A DNA stretch of 64,000 nucleotides, from the NCBI GenBank assembly GCA_965213925.1, contig OZ243927.1, positions 128,001 to 192,000 on the forward strand, in the 5' to 3' direction. Both the position numbers and the translations under genes were made by a program. Source of the stretch: Trueperaceae bacterium. GTDB taxonomy: Bacteria; Deinococcota; Deinococci; Deinococcales; Trueperaceae. A model generated the notes under the pieces. It was given only the letters and a program-made list of their open reading frames with translations. It was not told the origin of the DNA and did no database searches. Position 1 is the first letter of the stretch. Every line of letters begins with the position of its first letter. Below, piece after piece: positions 46,240 through 56,775 of this stretch.

Positions 46240-47535
46240 TTACTGCGCTGAGCCAGTCTCGGTTTGCGGCTCACCCGTCTCAAACCCTGTGAGGTCTTGC
46301 AAGTCGAGCGCGAGCAGCTCTAGCGCTACGTCCGCCTCTTCGTTACCGGTTAAGACGTTATGCACAGCCGTGAAGAACTGGCGCGAGACTTCGTTGTACT
46401 GGTCACCCGTGGGAGCCGAAGGACGCGCCACGGCGTTCGTGAAGACGTCTAAGAGGCTACCGAAGAAGGGCACAGCTTCTAAAACTTCTTGGTCTTCGTA
46501 GAGCGCAGGAATCGTGGGGTTAAAAGAACCCTCGATCGCGCGAAGCTTCTGCGCCTCTTCTGAGGTGAAGAATTTGGCGACGTCCACAGCGGCCTCGATG
46601 TTGGTGCTGTAGCGCGAAACGCCCAAGTTCCAACCGCCTAACGTTGCGGCGGATTGACCGTTCTCACCAGCGGGCAGAGGGGACACGTCGAACTGCCCGG
46701 CGATGGGGCTATCGTCCGCGTTCATGATGCTGTAGGCGTAGGGCCAGTTACGCATAAAGACGGCGTTGCCTGCTTGGAAGAAGTTGCGCGCGTCCTCTTC
46801 AGCGAAGCCCGTCACGCCTGTAGGGGAGATGGTGCCGACCCACTCGGCGGCGCGGCTAATAATGTCTACAGCAGCGGGGTTGTTGATGGTGATAACCTGA
46901 TCGGGGCTGATGATCTGCCCGCCACCTACTGACTTAACCCACTCTAAAGCGTCGCAGGTAAGACCTTCATACGAGTTACCTTGCCAAACAAAGGCGCTAA
47001 AGTCTTGGTTGTCCTGGCGCTCGCCCTCTTGAATCGTGTTGGACATCTCCTCTAACTCGGTCCAGGTCTGTGGCGGGCCGTCGAAGCCGTACTCTTCTAG
47101 GAGGTCTGTGCGGTAGTAGAGAAGACCGGCGTCGGTGAACCAAGGGATCGCGACAAGCTGGTCATCCACCGTGTTCGCCTCGACGATAGCGGGAAAGTGC
47201 TGGTCAGCAATCTCCTGCACGCCCTCGTAGTCGTAGAGGTTGACGAGGTGCTCAGCGAGCTGACCGGGCCAGATCACGTCGAGCTGCATCACGTCGATAT
47301 CGGGCGACTGCGCTTCGAAAATCTGGAGGTACTGCGCGAAGCGGTCATCGGTGGAGTCCGGCGTCTGAATGATCTCCACGGTAACGTCCGGGTTTTGCTC
47401 CATATACATCTGTGCGAGCTGGCGGCTGAGTTCTAGCTCTTGACCGACCGAGCCGCCTGCTACGCGAATGGTTTGCGCTTGGGCGGTGCCGAAAAGCAGA
47501 CCTAGCGAGAGAAGGGCTAACAACACTTTCTTCAT
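46240..47535 (-). CDS. Sugar ABC transporter substrate-binding protein (trehalose/maltose type)
   Basis: Signal peptide; DVIWPG, WFTDAGLLYYR, YEGLTC, FMRNWPYA, LGGWNL. Confidence 0.88.
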   Translation of the reverse strand: MKKVLLALLSLGLLFGTAQAQTIRVAGGSVGQELELSRQLAQMYMEQNPDVTVEIIQTPDSTDDRFAQYLQIFEAQSPDIDVMQLDVIWPGQLAEHLVNLYDYEGVQEIADQHFPAIVEANTVDDQLVAIPWFTDAGLLYYRTDLLEEYGFDGPPQTWTELEEMSNTIQEGERQDNQDFSAFVWQGNSYEGLTCDALEWVKSVGGGQIISPDQVITINNPAAVDIISRAAEWVGTISPTGVTGFAEEDARNFFQAGNAVFMRNWPYAYSIMNADDSPIAGQFDVSPLPAGENGQSAATLGGWNLGVSRYSTNIEAAVDVAKFFTSEEAQKLRAIEGSFNPTIPALYEDQEVLEAVPFFGSLLDVFTNAVARPSAPTGDQYNEVSRQFFTAVHNVLTGNEEADVALELLALDLQDLTGFETGEPQTETGSAQ

Positions 47536-48052
47536 CTTTCACCTCTTTCTGTGACTTCAAAGCGACTATAGCAAGCAGACCCCAATGCCGAACGTGGCGT
47601 GCTCAGGTACAGCGTTATACGTGTTGGTACACTGCATGTAGACAGTAACCAGCATAGCTGATAGTGAGTTTTGAGCAGGGCGCACGCCTGCTTATCGTCG
47701 TTTGATAACAGAAGCGTAACATTTTGCTCATGTTGCTTGCAAGCCGCGAAAGGCGACGATTAAGGGAATTTCACGCGAACTGTAAGGTGTGAGGGTATAG
47801 ATGAGAAAGCTAAAGATGCCCCTGAGCAGTGTGAAGTGAAGATGAATAGGTCTATCTACACTTTTATTTAGGGGCTCCTACAACGGTGCAAAAAACACCT
47901 CGAGCCTTATCCCAGCTCATTACTTCAGACTAGGTAACTCTTAGAGCGTCCAGGCATTTTAGTTAGAAAGACGTCTTCTCTGCAGCGAGCAGAGTGTGAA
48001 GTGTTGCACTTGAAAGGTGATTCGAGCTGGTCTATCCAAACTCATCTCAGGC

Positions 48053-49150
48053 TTACAGCGAGCGTCCTAAGAGGCGCGTGACGGTCTGTTGCAGCTCGAG
48101 TTCGGCAAAAGGATTTTCTAAAACCGTCGCTTTAGGGCGGCGTAAACGCTGCATGAATCCGTGCTCTTCCCCGCTCAACACCACGGCGGGTAGATGTTTG
48201 AGCCCCGTATGTTGGCGGAGCGCTTTCACGAGCGGCCACGCGCTCGCCGCTTCACCTCTAACGTCGCCCGCGTCATATAAAATGAGCGCTTTCGGGCGGC
48301 GCTCTTGCACCGCGACGAGACCGCGCTCGGGGCTCATCGACTGCACAAAATAGGTCTTGAGTGCCACACGGCGCAGCGCCAGACGCATCAGACGCCCCGT
48401 CAGATTATCCGCCGAGAAGAGAAGCACCGGGGGCGGCTGCGCTTCGGCTTCGTCAGGGCGAACTGCGCCGCATTCCTCCAACTTATAGAGAAGATGATAA
48501 ACCTGTCTTTCAGGTAGCTCCACCTCAGCGGCGATACTCGCCGCGCTCCGCTTGCCGTCCACGTAACCGAGCACCTCCCAGTCCCATTCGGAGAGTCCCA
48601 ACTTCGTCGGGTCGCCCGCCTTGTGGAAGACGGTCTTCTCGCTCACGCGCTCCGTGGTCCAGTCGCCGAGCCGCTTGCTGATCTCCATGAAGAGCTGCAT
48701 GATGTCAGTGGAATCGGTTGTCAGCACCTGCGAGGCTAAGAGCGAGCGCTCTTCGAAGGAGAACGTACACGACTTCCAGGTAATGAGTTCTATAAAGACC
48801 TCGATCATCTGCATCTCCAGGGCGCGTTGCAGTTCAGCGTCCTCTAAAAGCCCGAGCCCTAGCGCGTTGAGCCCCAAGCTGCTGCTACTAATGTCACCCT
48901 CATAGCCCTCATACCGCGCCGCACGCTGCACCTCTTGCATCGTGGCGAGGTTCATCCGCACTAAGACCTCACCTAAGTGCACGCCGGGGACGAGGTGCGC
49001 GAACTGCACCCGTCCCATTTCAAAATGCACCCGAGCCCTGGCATGAGGCTGTTTAACCGTCAGGATGCCGGACTTCTGCCCCGTCGCGATGAGCTGGCAG
49101 ACGTCCATCACAGAGCCTTTGGTCAGTTCGCCCTTTATAGCAGGTGTCAA
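48053..49150 (-). CDS. DUF4388 (PatA N-terminal-like) protein with HTH-like and receiver-like domains
   Basis: GEL...DVCQLI..QKSGILTV, VLGYVDGKRS, degenerate C-terminal receiver. Confidence 0.7.
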   Translation of the reverse strand: MTPAIKGELTKGSVMDVCQLIATGQKSGILTVKQPHARARVHFEMGRVQFAHLVPGVHLGEVLVRMNLATMQEVQRAARYEGYEGDISSSSLGLNALGLGLLEDAELQRALEMQMIEVFIELITWKSCTFSFEERSLLASQVLTTDSTDIMQLFMEISKRLGDWTTERVSEKTVFHKAGDPTKLGLSEWDWEVLGYVDGKRSAASIAAEVELPERQVYHLLYKLEECGAVRPDEAEAQPPPVLLFSADNLTGRLMRLALRRVALKTYFVQSMSPERGLVAVQERRPKALILYDAGDVRGEAASAWPLVKALRQHTGLKHLPAVVLSGEEHGFMQRLRRPKATVLENPFAELELQQTVTRLLGRSL

Positions 49151-49480
49151 GGTCTGTCTCCCTTTAGTCGGAACTGGTTCAAGTCAAACTCACTCGAGAG
49201 ACCACAGACGAACGCACAGGCTCGGTGACGATACTTGCGAGGCGCGAGCTTAGTAAAGACGAAGAACCCTCTATCACAGTAGTGTCCAGTTTAGGAGGGT
49301 AACAGGTGAAAATGAGCGAGATTTCTCTCTTTGAGCTTAGAAACTCTAGTCTTTAGCCCCAAATGTCCGAATAATCTCTTCGAACCATCATCCTTGCAGG
49401 CTTTATTTTATGCCCGCAATCAAACCGCTAACGCAGCCTATTCGTAAAGGTCTTTTCACCCTAATAGGCACAACCCTCCG

Positions 49481-50509
49481 TCAATCCTTCTCGCCCTCAT
49501 TCTCATCTGAAGGTTCGTCAAACTCGAATAAGTCGCGTTGGTCGCTCCCGCTGTAAGAGTAGCCGAGATGGTCATAAGCATTCTTCGTGGCGATTCTGCC
49601 TCTCGAGGTGCGCTTGATAAACCCGAGCTGAATCAAGAAGGGCTCGTAGACCTCTTCCAAGGTCGCTTGGTCTTCACCAATCGCCGTAGCGAGCGTACCG
49701 AGACCTACGGGTCCGCCTGCAAACTTGCAGATCATCGTCTCTAAGATGAGGCGGTCACGCGTATCTAAACCAAGGTCGTCGATGCCGAGTTCATTGAGCG
49801 CGTGCTGCGCTCTCGCCAGCGTGACGACCTCTTCGCCCGCCACTTGCGCAAAGTCGCGGACGCGGCGTAAGAGCCTTTTGGCGATGCGCATCGTCCCTCT
49901 TGCGCGGCGTCCTATCTCCAACGCGGCAGCAGGCTCTAAAACAAAGCCCATGATTTCGGCGTCCCGCGTCACCCCCTGCGCGAGTTCTTCGGTGGTGTAG
50001 TACTCTAAATGCTCCAAAATCCCGAAGCGGCTGCGCATCGGACCCGTGATGAGACCGGGGCGCGTGGTTGCGCCGACTAACGTAAAACGCGGTAAGTCGA
50101 GGCGGATGGTGCGAGCGGCGGGACCTTGTCCTAAAATGATATCCACCTTGAAATCTTCCATCGCCGGGTAGAGGTGCTCCTCGGCGACGCGCCCTAAACG
50201 GTGAATCTCGTCGATGAAAAGCACGTCGTTTTCGTCGATGGCATTCGTTAAGATAGCAGCTAAGTCGCCGGGTTTCTCAATCGCGGGACCGCTCGTCGTG
50301 CGGATGCCCACGCCGAGTTCGTAGGCGATGATGTGCGCCAAGGTCGTTTTGCCGAGCCCAGGGGGACCGTAGAGCAAGACATGGTCCAAGGCTTCGCCGC
50401 GATTTTTGGTCGCCTCCAAGTACACCTTCAACTTCTCTTTGAGTTTATCTTGCCCTACGTAATCCGCTAACTTGCGGGGTCTATTCGCGCCGTCGCCGTC
50501 CATGCTCAT
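49481..50509 (-). CDS. ruvB: Holliday junction branch migration helicase
   Basis: [36 protein letters not shown]. Confidence 0.96.
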   Translation of the reverse strand: MSMDGDGANRPRKLADYVGQDKLKEKLKVYLEATKNRGEALDHVLLYGPPGLGKTTLAHIIAYELGVGIRTTSGPAIEKPGDLAAILTNAIDENDVLFIDEIHRLGRVAEEHLYPAMEDFKVDIILGQGPAARTIRLDLPRFTLVGATTRPGLITGPMRSRFGILEHLEYYTTEELAQGVTRDAEIMGFVLEPAAALEIGRRARGTMRIAKRLLRRVRDFAQVAGEEVVTLARAQHALNELGIDDLGLDTRDRLILETMICKFAGGPVGLGTLATAIGEDQATLEEVYEPFLIQLGFIKRTSRGRIATKNAYDHLGYSYSGSDQRDLFEFDEPSDENEGEKD

Positions 50510-50608
50510 GAGGTTAGATTACCACGAGTCATACAAGTTTCTGGGCGTTCGAGTGACTAAAATACCTTAGATATACCTTAAAATGTGATTTCGAGTAGCG
50601 CTTCTGAC

Positions 50609-50835
50609 TACAGCGTTAAATAAAAAATGAGGTATGTCATTCTGAACTAGGTTAGAGCAAAGCTCAGTAGGCTCTTAGCCTTGACCTGTGGAGCGAAGCG
50701 GAGCCCTTACAGGATTGGTTTCGCCCGATGAAAGAATCTCTGACGTTGCTGACTCCTCTGACTGAGATTGAAAGGCGAGACCCCTCGACTTCGCTCGGGG
50801 TGACAACAGTGATGTAAAACTTACTTAACGCTGTA
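50609..50835. mobile_element. 227-bp MITE with terminal inverted repeats and a 5-bp target duplication
   Basis: TACAGCGTTAAATAA / TTACTTAACGCTGTA (14/15 inverted match); CTGAC directly flanks both ends. Confidence 0.8.
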
Positions 50836-50899
50836 CTGACAAAAGTTCCGAAAGAATATCAACTCAAGATTTGCTGTAAAGAGGTTGCGCGAACGGACA

Positions 50900-52534
50900 T
50901 CAATCGTAAGCGGGGGCGACTTGGGCTCGAGGATAAACCCTCACACTAGCTTCAACGCTCTCCTCTTCGTCTAAAACTTCGAAGTCATCTTCGAGAAAGC
51001 GGACGCGAACAGTTTTATGCCCCAAGTCGTACCTCACCTCGCCTACGCCTACATGCTCTGTCGCGTTGGGCGTCGCCATAAAGGGGGTACGCACTTCGTT
51101 CAGGTAGCGCCACTGCACCTTCTCGGGGAGGGGTTGCAAAACGTCTCGGTAGAGTTTCGTCTTGTGGAGCGCCACGTCCACCCACACGCGGCTGCGCCAC
51201 CTGACGAACACATAAAGCGCCTGCACCGACGTGCCGATAACCAGTGACCACCACACGCCCTGCACGCCGAAGCCCAACACGATAGCGAGCACATAAGCGA
51301 GCGGCACGACCACGAGCCAACGCCCGATAATCGTTCCAACCAAGCCGGGGCGTGTATCTCCTGCGCCGCGCAGCGCGCCGTTGATGACCATCGCGACTGC
51401 CAACACAGGTTGAAAAAGCGCATTGATGCGGATGTACGACGCGCCCGCCGAGACCACCGTCGGGTGTGCGCTCGGCTCGAACAAGACGACGAGTTGCGGC
51501 GCGAACAGAAAGAGCGGCACCGCCATCCCCGACATGACCAGTGCGCCGAGGAGGAGCGCCAAGTTACCCCTCAGCCTCGCGTCACCAAGCTGCCACGCGC
51601 CCAGCGACTGCCCCACTAAACTCGTCGCCGCGACGCTCAGCGCGATGCCCGGCATAAATGCGAACGACTCGACTTGTAAGCCAATCGCTAGCGCCGCCGC
51701 GCCGTACGTCCCCGCCGCCGTCGAGGTCACGATGCGCATCACAAAGAGCTGCGCCGCGTTGCGCGCCACTCCTTGCAAGCCTGAAGGGATGCCGATAGCG
51801 AGAATGTCCCGAAACATCGAGAGGTCAGGCAGATACGAACCGGGCAGAATCTTGACGACGTTCTTACCTGAATATAAGAGGTAAAGACCGATGCCTACGG
51901 CTAACATCCTCGCGAGAATCGTTCCCAACGCCGCCCCGTCGAGCCCAAACGCAGGCAGCGGACCGGGACCGAACATCAACCCGTAGCTGAGCAAAATATT
52001 GAACAGGTTCGTGACGCCGCTCAGGTAAAGCGGTGTCACCGTGTCACCCGCGCCTTGCATAAGGCTGTTGATGGCGAAGTTGCCCGTGAGAAAAACAGTG
52101 CCGACGAAGAGGATTTGTAGATAACTCGTCCCGAGCGCCACCGCTTCGGGGTTGCCGCCGCTGTTCAAGAAGGTCAGCAGCGGCTCGGCAGCGAAATAGC
52201 CGAAAACGCTCAGCGTCAGCGCGAGAATCGTAGTGAGTAAGAGCGACTGCTTAGCGACGAAGGAGAGTTGGGCGGGGTCACGCGAGCCCTTCGCCTGCGC
52301 CGCGAGCGCCATCGCGCCCGCCGTGACCGATAAGATACCGATAAAGACGAGCATTCGCAGCGTCGTCGCCATGCCGACCGCCGCCACCGACACCGGACCC
52401 AAGCGTCCCGCCATGAAGACGTCTACGATGTTGACGAGGCTCTGCAACAAAAAGGTCAGAATGACAGGTAGGGAAAGCCGCCACACCTGGTTGATAATCG
52501 GCAAATAGCGTTGGAAAGAGGTGGGCAGGAACAT
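50900..52534 (-). CDS. MATE family efflux transporter
   Basis: LSLPVIL, QGAGDTVTP, LVGQSLGA, LRGAGDT; about 12 TM plus a C-terminal extension. Confidence 0.92.
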   Translation of the reverse strand: MFLPTSFQRYLPIINQVWRLSLPVILTFLLQSLVNIVDVFMAGRLGPVSVAAVGMATTLRMLVFIGILSVTAGAMALAAQAKGSRDPAQLSFVAKQSLLLTTILALTLSVFGYFAAEPLLTFLNSGGNPEAVALGTSYLQILFVGTVFLTGNFAINSLMQGAGDTVTPLYLSGVTNLFNILLSYGLMFGPGPLPAFGLDGAALGTILARMLAVGIGLYLLYSGKNVVKILPGSYLPDLSMFRDILAIGIPSGLQGVARNAAQLFVMRIVTSTAAGTYGAAALAIGLQVESFAFMPGIALSVAATSLVGQSLGAWQLGDARLRGNLALLLGALVMSGMAVPLFLFAPQLVVLFEPSAHPTVVSAGASYIRINALFQPVLAVAMVINGALRGAGDTRPGLVGTIIGRWLVVVPLAYVLAIVLGFGVQGVWWSLVIGTSVQALYVFVRWRSRVWVDVALHKTKLYRDVLQPLPEKVQWRYLNEVRTPFMATPNATEHVGVGEVRYDLGHKTVRVRFLEDDFEVLDEEESVEASVRVYPRAQVAPAYD

Positions 52535-52775
52535 AGGTTGACCCTAACGCCGCCGCACGGATCGGGATGTGAGCCATAAGGCGTTAGGTTTTTGACTCTC
52601 GAGCCTCTTAATCATTCGTCCACCAACGCGAACGGCGTAGGAGAAGATGCGCAAGCGTTCAACGTCACCTGCAGCATATTAAGGGAATGAATTTGGATGA
52701 AAATGGCACAGAGAAGTCTTTCTCTCATTTTCGATCTTTTATCTTCTATTCATCCTGGGTTATGCTGATGCGCAG

Positions 52776-53807
52776 ATGCAACTAAGACTCGACCCCTGGG
52801 CTGCCGAATACAACACCGCCTATTTCGCCGAAGAGACGACGCCCGAAGAGACCACGCATGTCTACCCACATGTCGAAGCGGACACGTGGCGTCCCATCTC
52901 GCCGAAAGCTTCCGAAAGCCTCTATGGAGACCTCTTCTTCACCGACGGCAGCCGCCGCGTAGAGGCAAGGGTTTTGCTCGAGGACGAACGCAAACAGATC
53001 GCTTTTGGAGCGATTGGAACCTTTGGTATCGGCGTAGTGAGCTGCTGCTCGAGGCATTCGCGCAAGGCGTGTTTCGTGGATTTGGAGCGAGAGGTCAACG
53101 TGCGCGGCGTGCGACGTATTTGCACGCTGAGTGGTGGACATAGCCTGGCGAGCTTCGATGTGGTTTCAGCGCTGAAAGGTCAACTCGGTCAGCTTAACTA
53201 CACGGTTGTATCAACAGAAGAACGCGACGCCGACGCGGTGGTGCGCCGTATTCAGTTTGAGATGCTGAACGCGGAAAGGGCGTTAGCCTCGAGCCTCACC
53301 GACTGCTTTCCCAATGGTCTCATCCTCACCGATGGTCCTAGACCGCGCATCGGCAACGTGCCAAATGTGGTGGGTTACATCAAAACGCACCACACGCTGC
53401 CGCTGGAGAATGAGCATCTCGAGGTCGTCCGCAATTTGGAAGAGGGTCAGCGTTCACCGCTTTACCTCATCAGTAGCGGCGATAAGAGCCAAAAGGTCTT
53501 CGAGTGGTTTTTGCGCCTCCGCGACCCGCGCCCCTGGCTCTACTCCTTCGCAGGCATCGTCCGCTTGCAAGCCTACGCAGGCTCACACCCCGAAGAAACT
53601 CTGGAGCGCGTCTGCCACCTCGCCGACTGGCTCAGCACCCTTTTGCCCCGCTTCGCCACTCGTCAACACCAAGACCCACGTGCGCCGCAGCAGCTTTTGC
53701 CCGTGCGGGCGCTCGAGGCCGAACTCGGGCGGCGGATGGGGAATGCGCAGATTGTGAGGCGGCGCATCGCTCAGTACATTAGCCAGCAACAAAGAGCAAC
53801 GAGTTGA
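52776..53807 (+). CDS. nurA: NurA-like nuclease
   Basis: RLDPW, FTDGSRR, DGP, GYIKTH, DPRAPQQL.P..ALE..L.RRMG; directly upstream of herA. Confidence 0.8.
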   Translation: MQLRLDPWAAEYNTAYFAEETTPEETTHVYPHVEADTWRPISPKASESLYGDLFFTDGSRRVEARVLLEDERKQIAFGAIGTFGIGVVSCCSRHSRKACFVDLEREVNVRGVRRICTLSGGHSLASFDVVSALKGQLGQLNYTVVSTEERDADAVVRRIQFEMLNAERALASSLTDCFPNGLILTDGPRPRIGNVPNVVGYIKTHHTLPLENEHLEVVRNLEEGQRSPLYLISSGDKSQKVFEWFLRLRDPRPWLYSFAGIVRLQAYAGSHPEETLERVCHLADWLSTLLPRFATRQHQDPRAPQQLLPVRALEAELGRRMGNAQIVRRRIAQYISQQQRATS

Positions 53808-53895
53808 AAGGACTGAGGACTGAGGTGAAAGTGAAAATCTCTTTTCTCTCAGTCCTCAGTCCTTTTCTCTTGCTTTTATCTCAGTCCTTTTCTCT
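53807..53895. repeat. Heptamer-built 18-bp inverted repeat between nurA and herA
   Basis: AAAGGACTGAGGACTGAG (53807-53824) / CTCAGTCCTCAGTCCTTT (53848-53865), plus a partial third copy at 53880. Confidence 0.8.
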
Positions 53896-53910
53896 AACTT
53901 TGGAGATGGC

Positions 53911-55773
53911 ATGACCTCTAAAAACAACAACGAAACCCCTATCGGCATGGTTTTAGGCACCGAAGACGCCACCCCTCTTCAATTCTGGATTGCTGTCGAG
54001 GACGGCGTCAAAATTCAACTCGACGACATCCTCACTGTCAAGGTGCAAGACCCCTCGGACGAGGACGAAGCCGTGACCTTTTACGGCGTGGTGGACGAGG
54101 TGCGCCGCCGCTTTGAGGGCGTGCAGTTCGACGGGGACACCGCGCTCGTCACGCAAGGGCTCATGCCCGCCAATATTGCGTATGCGGCGCATATTCTCGT
54201 CACCCGCGTCGAACCCGAAGACTTCATCCCACCCGGTCCCGGCGATTTGGTCTACATGGCGACGGATGCGGCGCTAGAAAAAGCCCTCTACCTCGACAAC
54301 ATGGACGCGCCCCTCCCCGCAGGCGTCCTGCGCAACGGCGAGCCCGGTTACCTCAACTACGACTTCATCAGCGGGCAAAAGGGCGCACACATCAACATCT
54401 CGGGCATCTCGGGCATCGCCACGAAGACCTCTTACGCGCTCTTTTTGCTCTACAGCATCTTCAACGCCCAGCACCGCGAGCGCGGCGGCAGCCTCCTCAC
54501 GAACCCGAACGCGACCAAAGCCATCATCTTCAACGTCAAGGGCGAAGACCTGCTCTTTTTGGACAAGGAGAACAAGGACTTTGTCGAGACGGAGCGGAAG
54601 TGGCAGGAGAAGCGCAAGAGCGCGGAGACCCGTTTTCAAATCTGTGATTTGCCTGTCGGTCCCTTTCCGAGCGTCGCCCTACACGCGCCCGCGAGGGAGG
54701 GGAGCACCCTCCGCGCCGACGTGGAGACCCGCGAGGGCGTCTCTCCATACCTCTGGACCCTGCGCGACTTCGCCGCCGAGCGGATGCTGCCTTTCGTTCT
54801 GACAGACCGCGACGCGATGACGAACCTGGGCTTTCTGGTCAGCCACTTGGAGGAAAAGCTCGCCAAGCTCGCCGAAAAGCAGCGTGGACCTTATCTCGAG
54901 GTTGCCGACGAAGACACCGGCTACCGCCCTGGTGAAGAACAAATCGGGCGCATCAGCGAAACGGACGCGCTCGGGGCGGAGGACTTCATGACCTCTTCGC
55001 ATAAACCTCGTTTGACGACCTTTTTGGAGCTGGTGGACTACATCGAGTACAAGCTACTGCTCGAGGGAGCCGAAGACGAGGAGAGCAGCAAAGGCGGCAA
55101 CCGCGCCTGGACCGCCAACCAAGCCAAAGCGACCCGCGAAGCCTTCATCCGCCGCTTGCGCGGGGCGTCCAAGCATTTGCGCCACCTCATTCGCGGCGAC
55201 TTGTCCCAAAAAGAGGTCAGCCGCAGCCGCCTCGACATCTTGAACAGTGAAAAACAAGTTCACGTCGTGGACATCCACAACCTCGCGCCCTTAGCGCAGA
55301 TGTTCGTCGTCGGCGTCCTCTTAAAGCAGGTCTTCGGCGTGCAGGAGTCGCGCAACAGCAAGGGTCAGGTTTTCGTCGTCTTAGACGAACTGAACAAGTA
55401 CGCGCCCGCCGAGGGGGACAGCCCCATCAAGGACGTGCTCTTAGACATCGCCGAGCGCGGGCGCAGCATGGGCATCGTCCTCATCGGGGCGCAGCAGACC
55501 GCCTCCGAAGTGGAGCGCCGCATCGTCGCCAACGCCGCCGTGCGCATCGTCGGACGCCTGGACGCCGCCGAGTCCGAACGCAGTGAATACCGCTTCATGC
55601 CCGCCACCTTCCGCCTCCGCTCCACCATTCTCGCCCCCGGCACGATGGTGGTGCACCAGCCCGACGTGCCGAGCCCGATGATGCTCAGTTTTCCTTTTCC
55701 GGCGTGGGCGACGCGGAGGAAAGAGGTATTGGAGGAGGTGGGGGATGAGGAGGCGTTGGATGTGTTGGGGTGA
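53911..55773 (+). CDS. herA: HerA-like ATPase/helicase
   Basis: HAS-barrel-like N-terminus, HINISGISGIATKT, FNVKGEDL, VLDELNKYAP, ERGRSMG..LIGAQQ. Confidence 0.88.
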   Translation: MTSKNNNETPIGMVLGTEDATPLQFWIAVEDGVKIQLDDILTVKVQDPSDEDEAVTFYGVVDEVRRRFEGVQFDGDTALVTQGLMPANIAYAAHILVTRVEPEDFIPPGPGDLVYMATDAALEKALYLDNMDAPLPAGVLRNGEPGYLNYDFISGQKGAHINISGISGIATKTSYALFLLYSIFNAQHRERGGSLLTNPNATKAIIFNVKGEDLLFLDKENKDFVETERKWQEKRKSAETRFQICDLPVGPFPSVALHAPAREGSTLRADVETREGVSPYLWTLRDFAAERMLPFVLTDRDAMTNLGFLVSHLEEKLAKLAEKQRGPYLEVADEDTGYRPGEEQIGRISETDALGAEDFMTSSHKPRLTTFLELVDYIEYKLLLEGAEDEESSKGGNRAWTANQAKATREAFIRRLRGASKHLRHLIRGDLSQKEVSRSRLDILNSEKQVHVVDIHNLAPLAQMFVVGVLLKQVFGVQESRNSKGQVFVVLDELNKYAPAEGDSPIKDVLLDIAERGRSMGIVLIGAQQTASEVERRIVANAAVRIVGRLDAAESERSEYRFMPATFRLRSTILAPGTMVVHQPDVPSPMMLSFPFPAWATRRKEVLEEVGDEEALDVLG

Positions 55774-55865
55774 AGTAGAAGATGAAAAATTTAGTTTGTG
55801 TTGCAGACTTGCTTTGTTAGCAAAATCATGGATTAGTAATTGTCAAGTAGATAAGGCTTCTTTCC

Positions 55866-56747
55866 ATGTTTGAAAATTTTGATTTCAGTTTGTTGGATGA
55901 TGAAAACTTTAAGGAAGACTCCGTAAGAGAAGAGATTATTGTTCCTATTGTTAAGCGGTTAGGTTATAGCGCATCTGGAGAAAACAAGATTATACGTAGC
56001 AAAGCATTATCACACCCTTATTTATCAATAGGTTCACAGCGAAAAAAACTGTCACTTGTTCCTGATTATCTTTTTTTAGTAGATGGGAAGCCTTATTGGG
56101 TACTAGATGCTAAATCTCCGAAGGAAAACTTGCTAAAAAGCAAGCACGTTGAGCAAACTTACAGCTATGCTATCCACCCTGAGGTGAGGGCAAGATTCTA
56201 TGCCTTGTGCAACGGTAAAGAGTTTCTACTGTACGAAATCAACAGGTTCCACCCAGTTTTACATTTTTTAGTTAGCGATATACAAGAGCATTGGGAGCAC
56301 CTCTTTAGAATTCTCCATCCTAGATATTTAGCACATACAGAAGTGGTTGAGTATCAACCAGATTATGGCTTACATCTACAGAGGTTAGGCTTTGAAACAG
56401 GTTTTAGGCTCATGCAAATGCGTATCCACACAGATTTCTTCGGTAAAATTGCTGATAATCAATACACAACTATTACAGCAACTGAATGGGAAGGACAACT
56501 TTACGCAGTTTCTTTGGATTTTGACGAGTCCCAACTCAAGCAGCTTATAGAAATACTGCCTGAGAATTTGGCTAAAGACTTAGTGAACGTTCTAATGCGC
56601 CAGCCTTTTTATACTACGCCGAACCAAAAAGAATTTCGATTCGGTGCTATTGCTGATCTCGGTAGCTTGATTCATAACAATGCTGAAGAATCTTACAGAC
56701 CATTTGAGGTTGTTGAATTTTTACCTTACTTGATTGATGAGTCTTAG
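55866..56747 (+). CDS. Stand-alone type I restriction HsdR N-terminal (PD-(D/E)XK) domain protein, low GC
   Basis: EDSVREEII, PDY...VLDAK, Q..SYA, LCNG motifs. Confidence 0.75.
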   Translation: MFENFDFSLLDDENFKEDSVREEIIVPIVKRLGYSASGENKIIRSKALSHPYLSIGSQRKKLSLVPDYLFLVDGKPYWVLDAKSPKENLLKSKHVEQTYSYAIHPEVRARFYALCNGKEFLLYEINRFHPVLHFLVSDIQEHWEHLFRILHPRYLAHTEVVEYQPDYGLHLQRLGFETGFRLMQMRIHTDFFGKIADNQYTTITATEWEGQLYAVSLDFDESQLKQLIEILPENLAKDLVNVLMRQPFYTTPNQKEFRFGAIADLGSLIHNNAEESYRPFEVVEFLPYLIDES

Positions 56748-56775
56748 ATGCCTAAGTGTGCGTTATACTATACGC

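Noticed and set aside
47536..48052. ncRNA or operator in the long intergenic region upstream of the sugar ABC operon
   Set aside because: Only short palindromes such as GCTTGCAAGC; nothing assignable with confidence.
50821..50833. Third TetR operator half-site TTACTTAACG
   Set aside because: It is explained as the right terminal inverted repeat of the MITE.
52776..55773. nurA-herA as a novel anti-phage HerA system
   Set aside because: Host-like GC and codon usage, and motifs match the known Deinococcus/Thermus DNA-repair NurA-HerA pair; no Sir2 or other effector partner.
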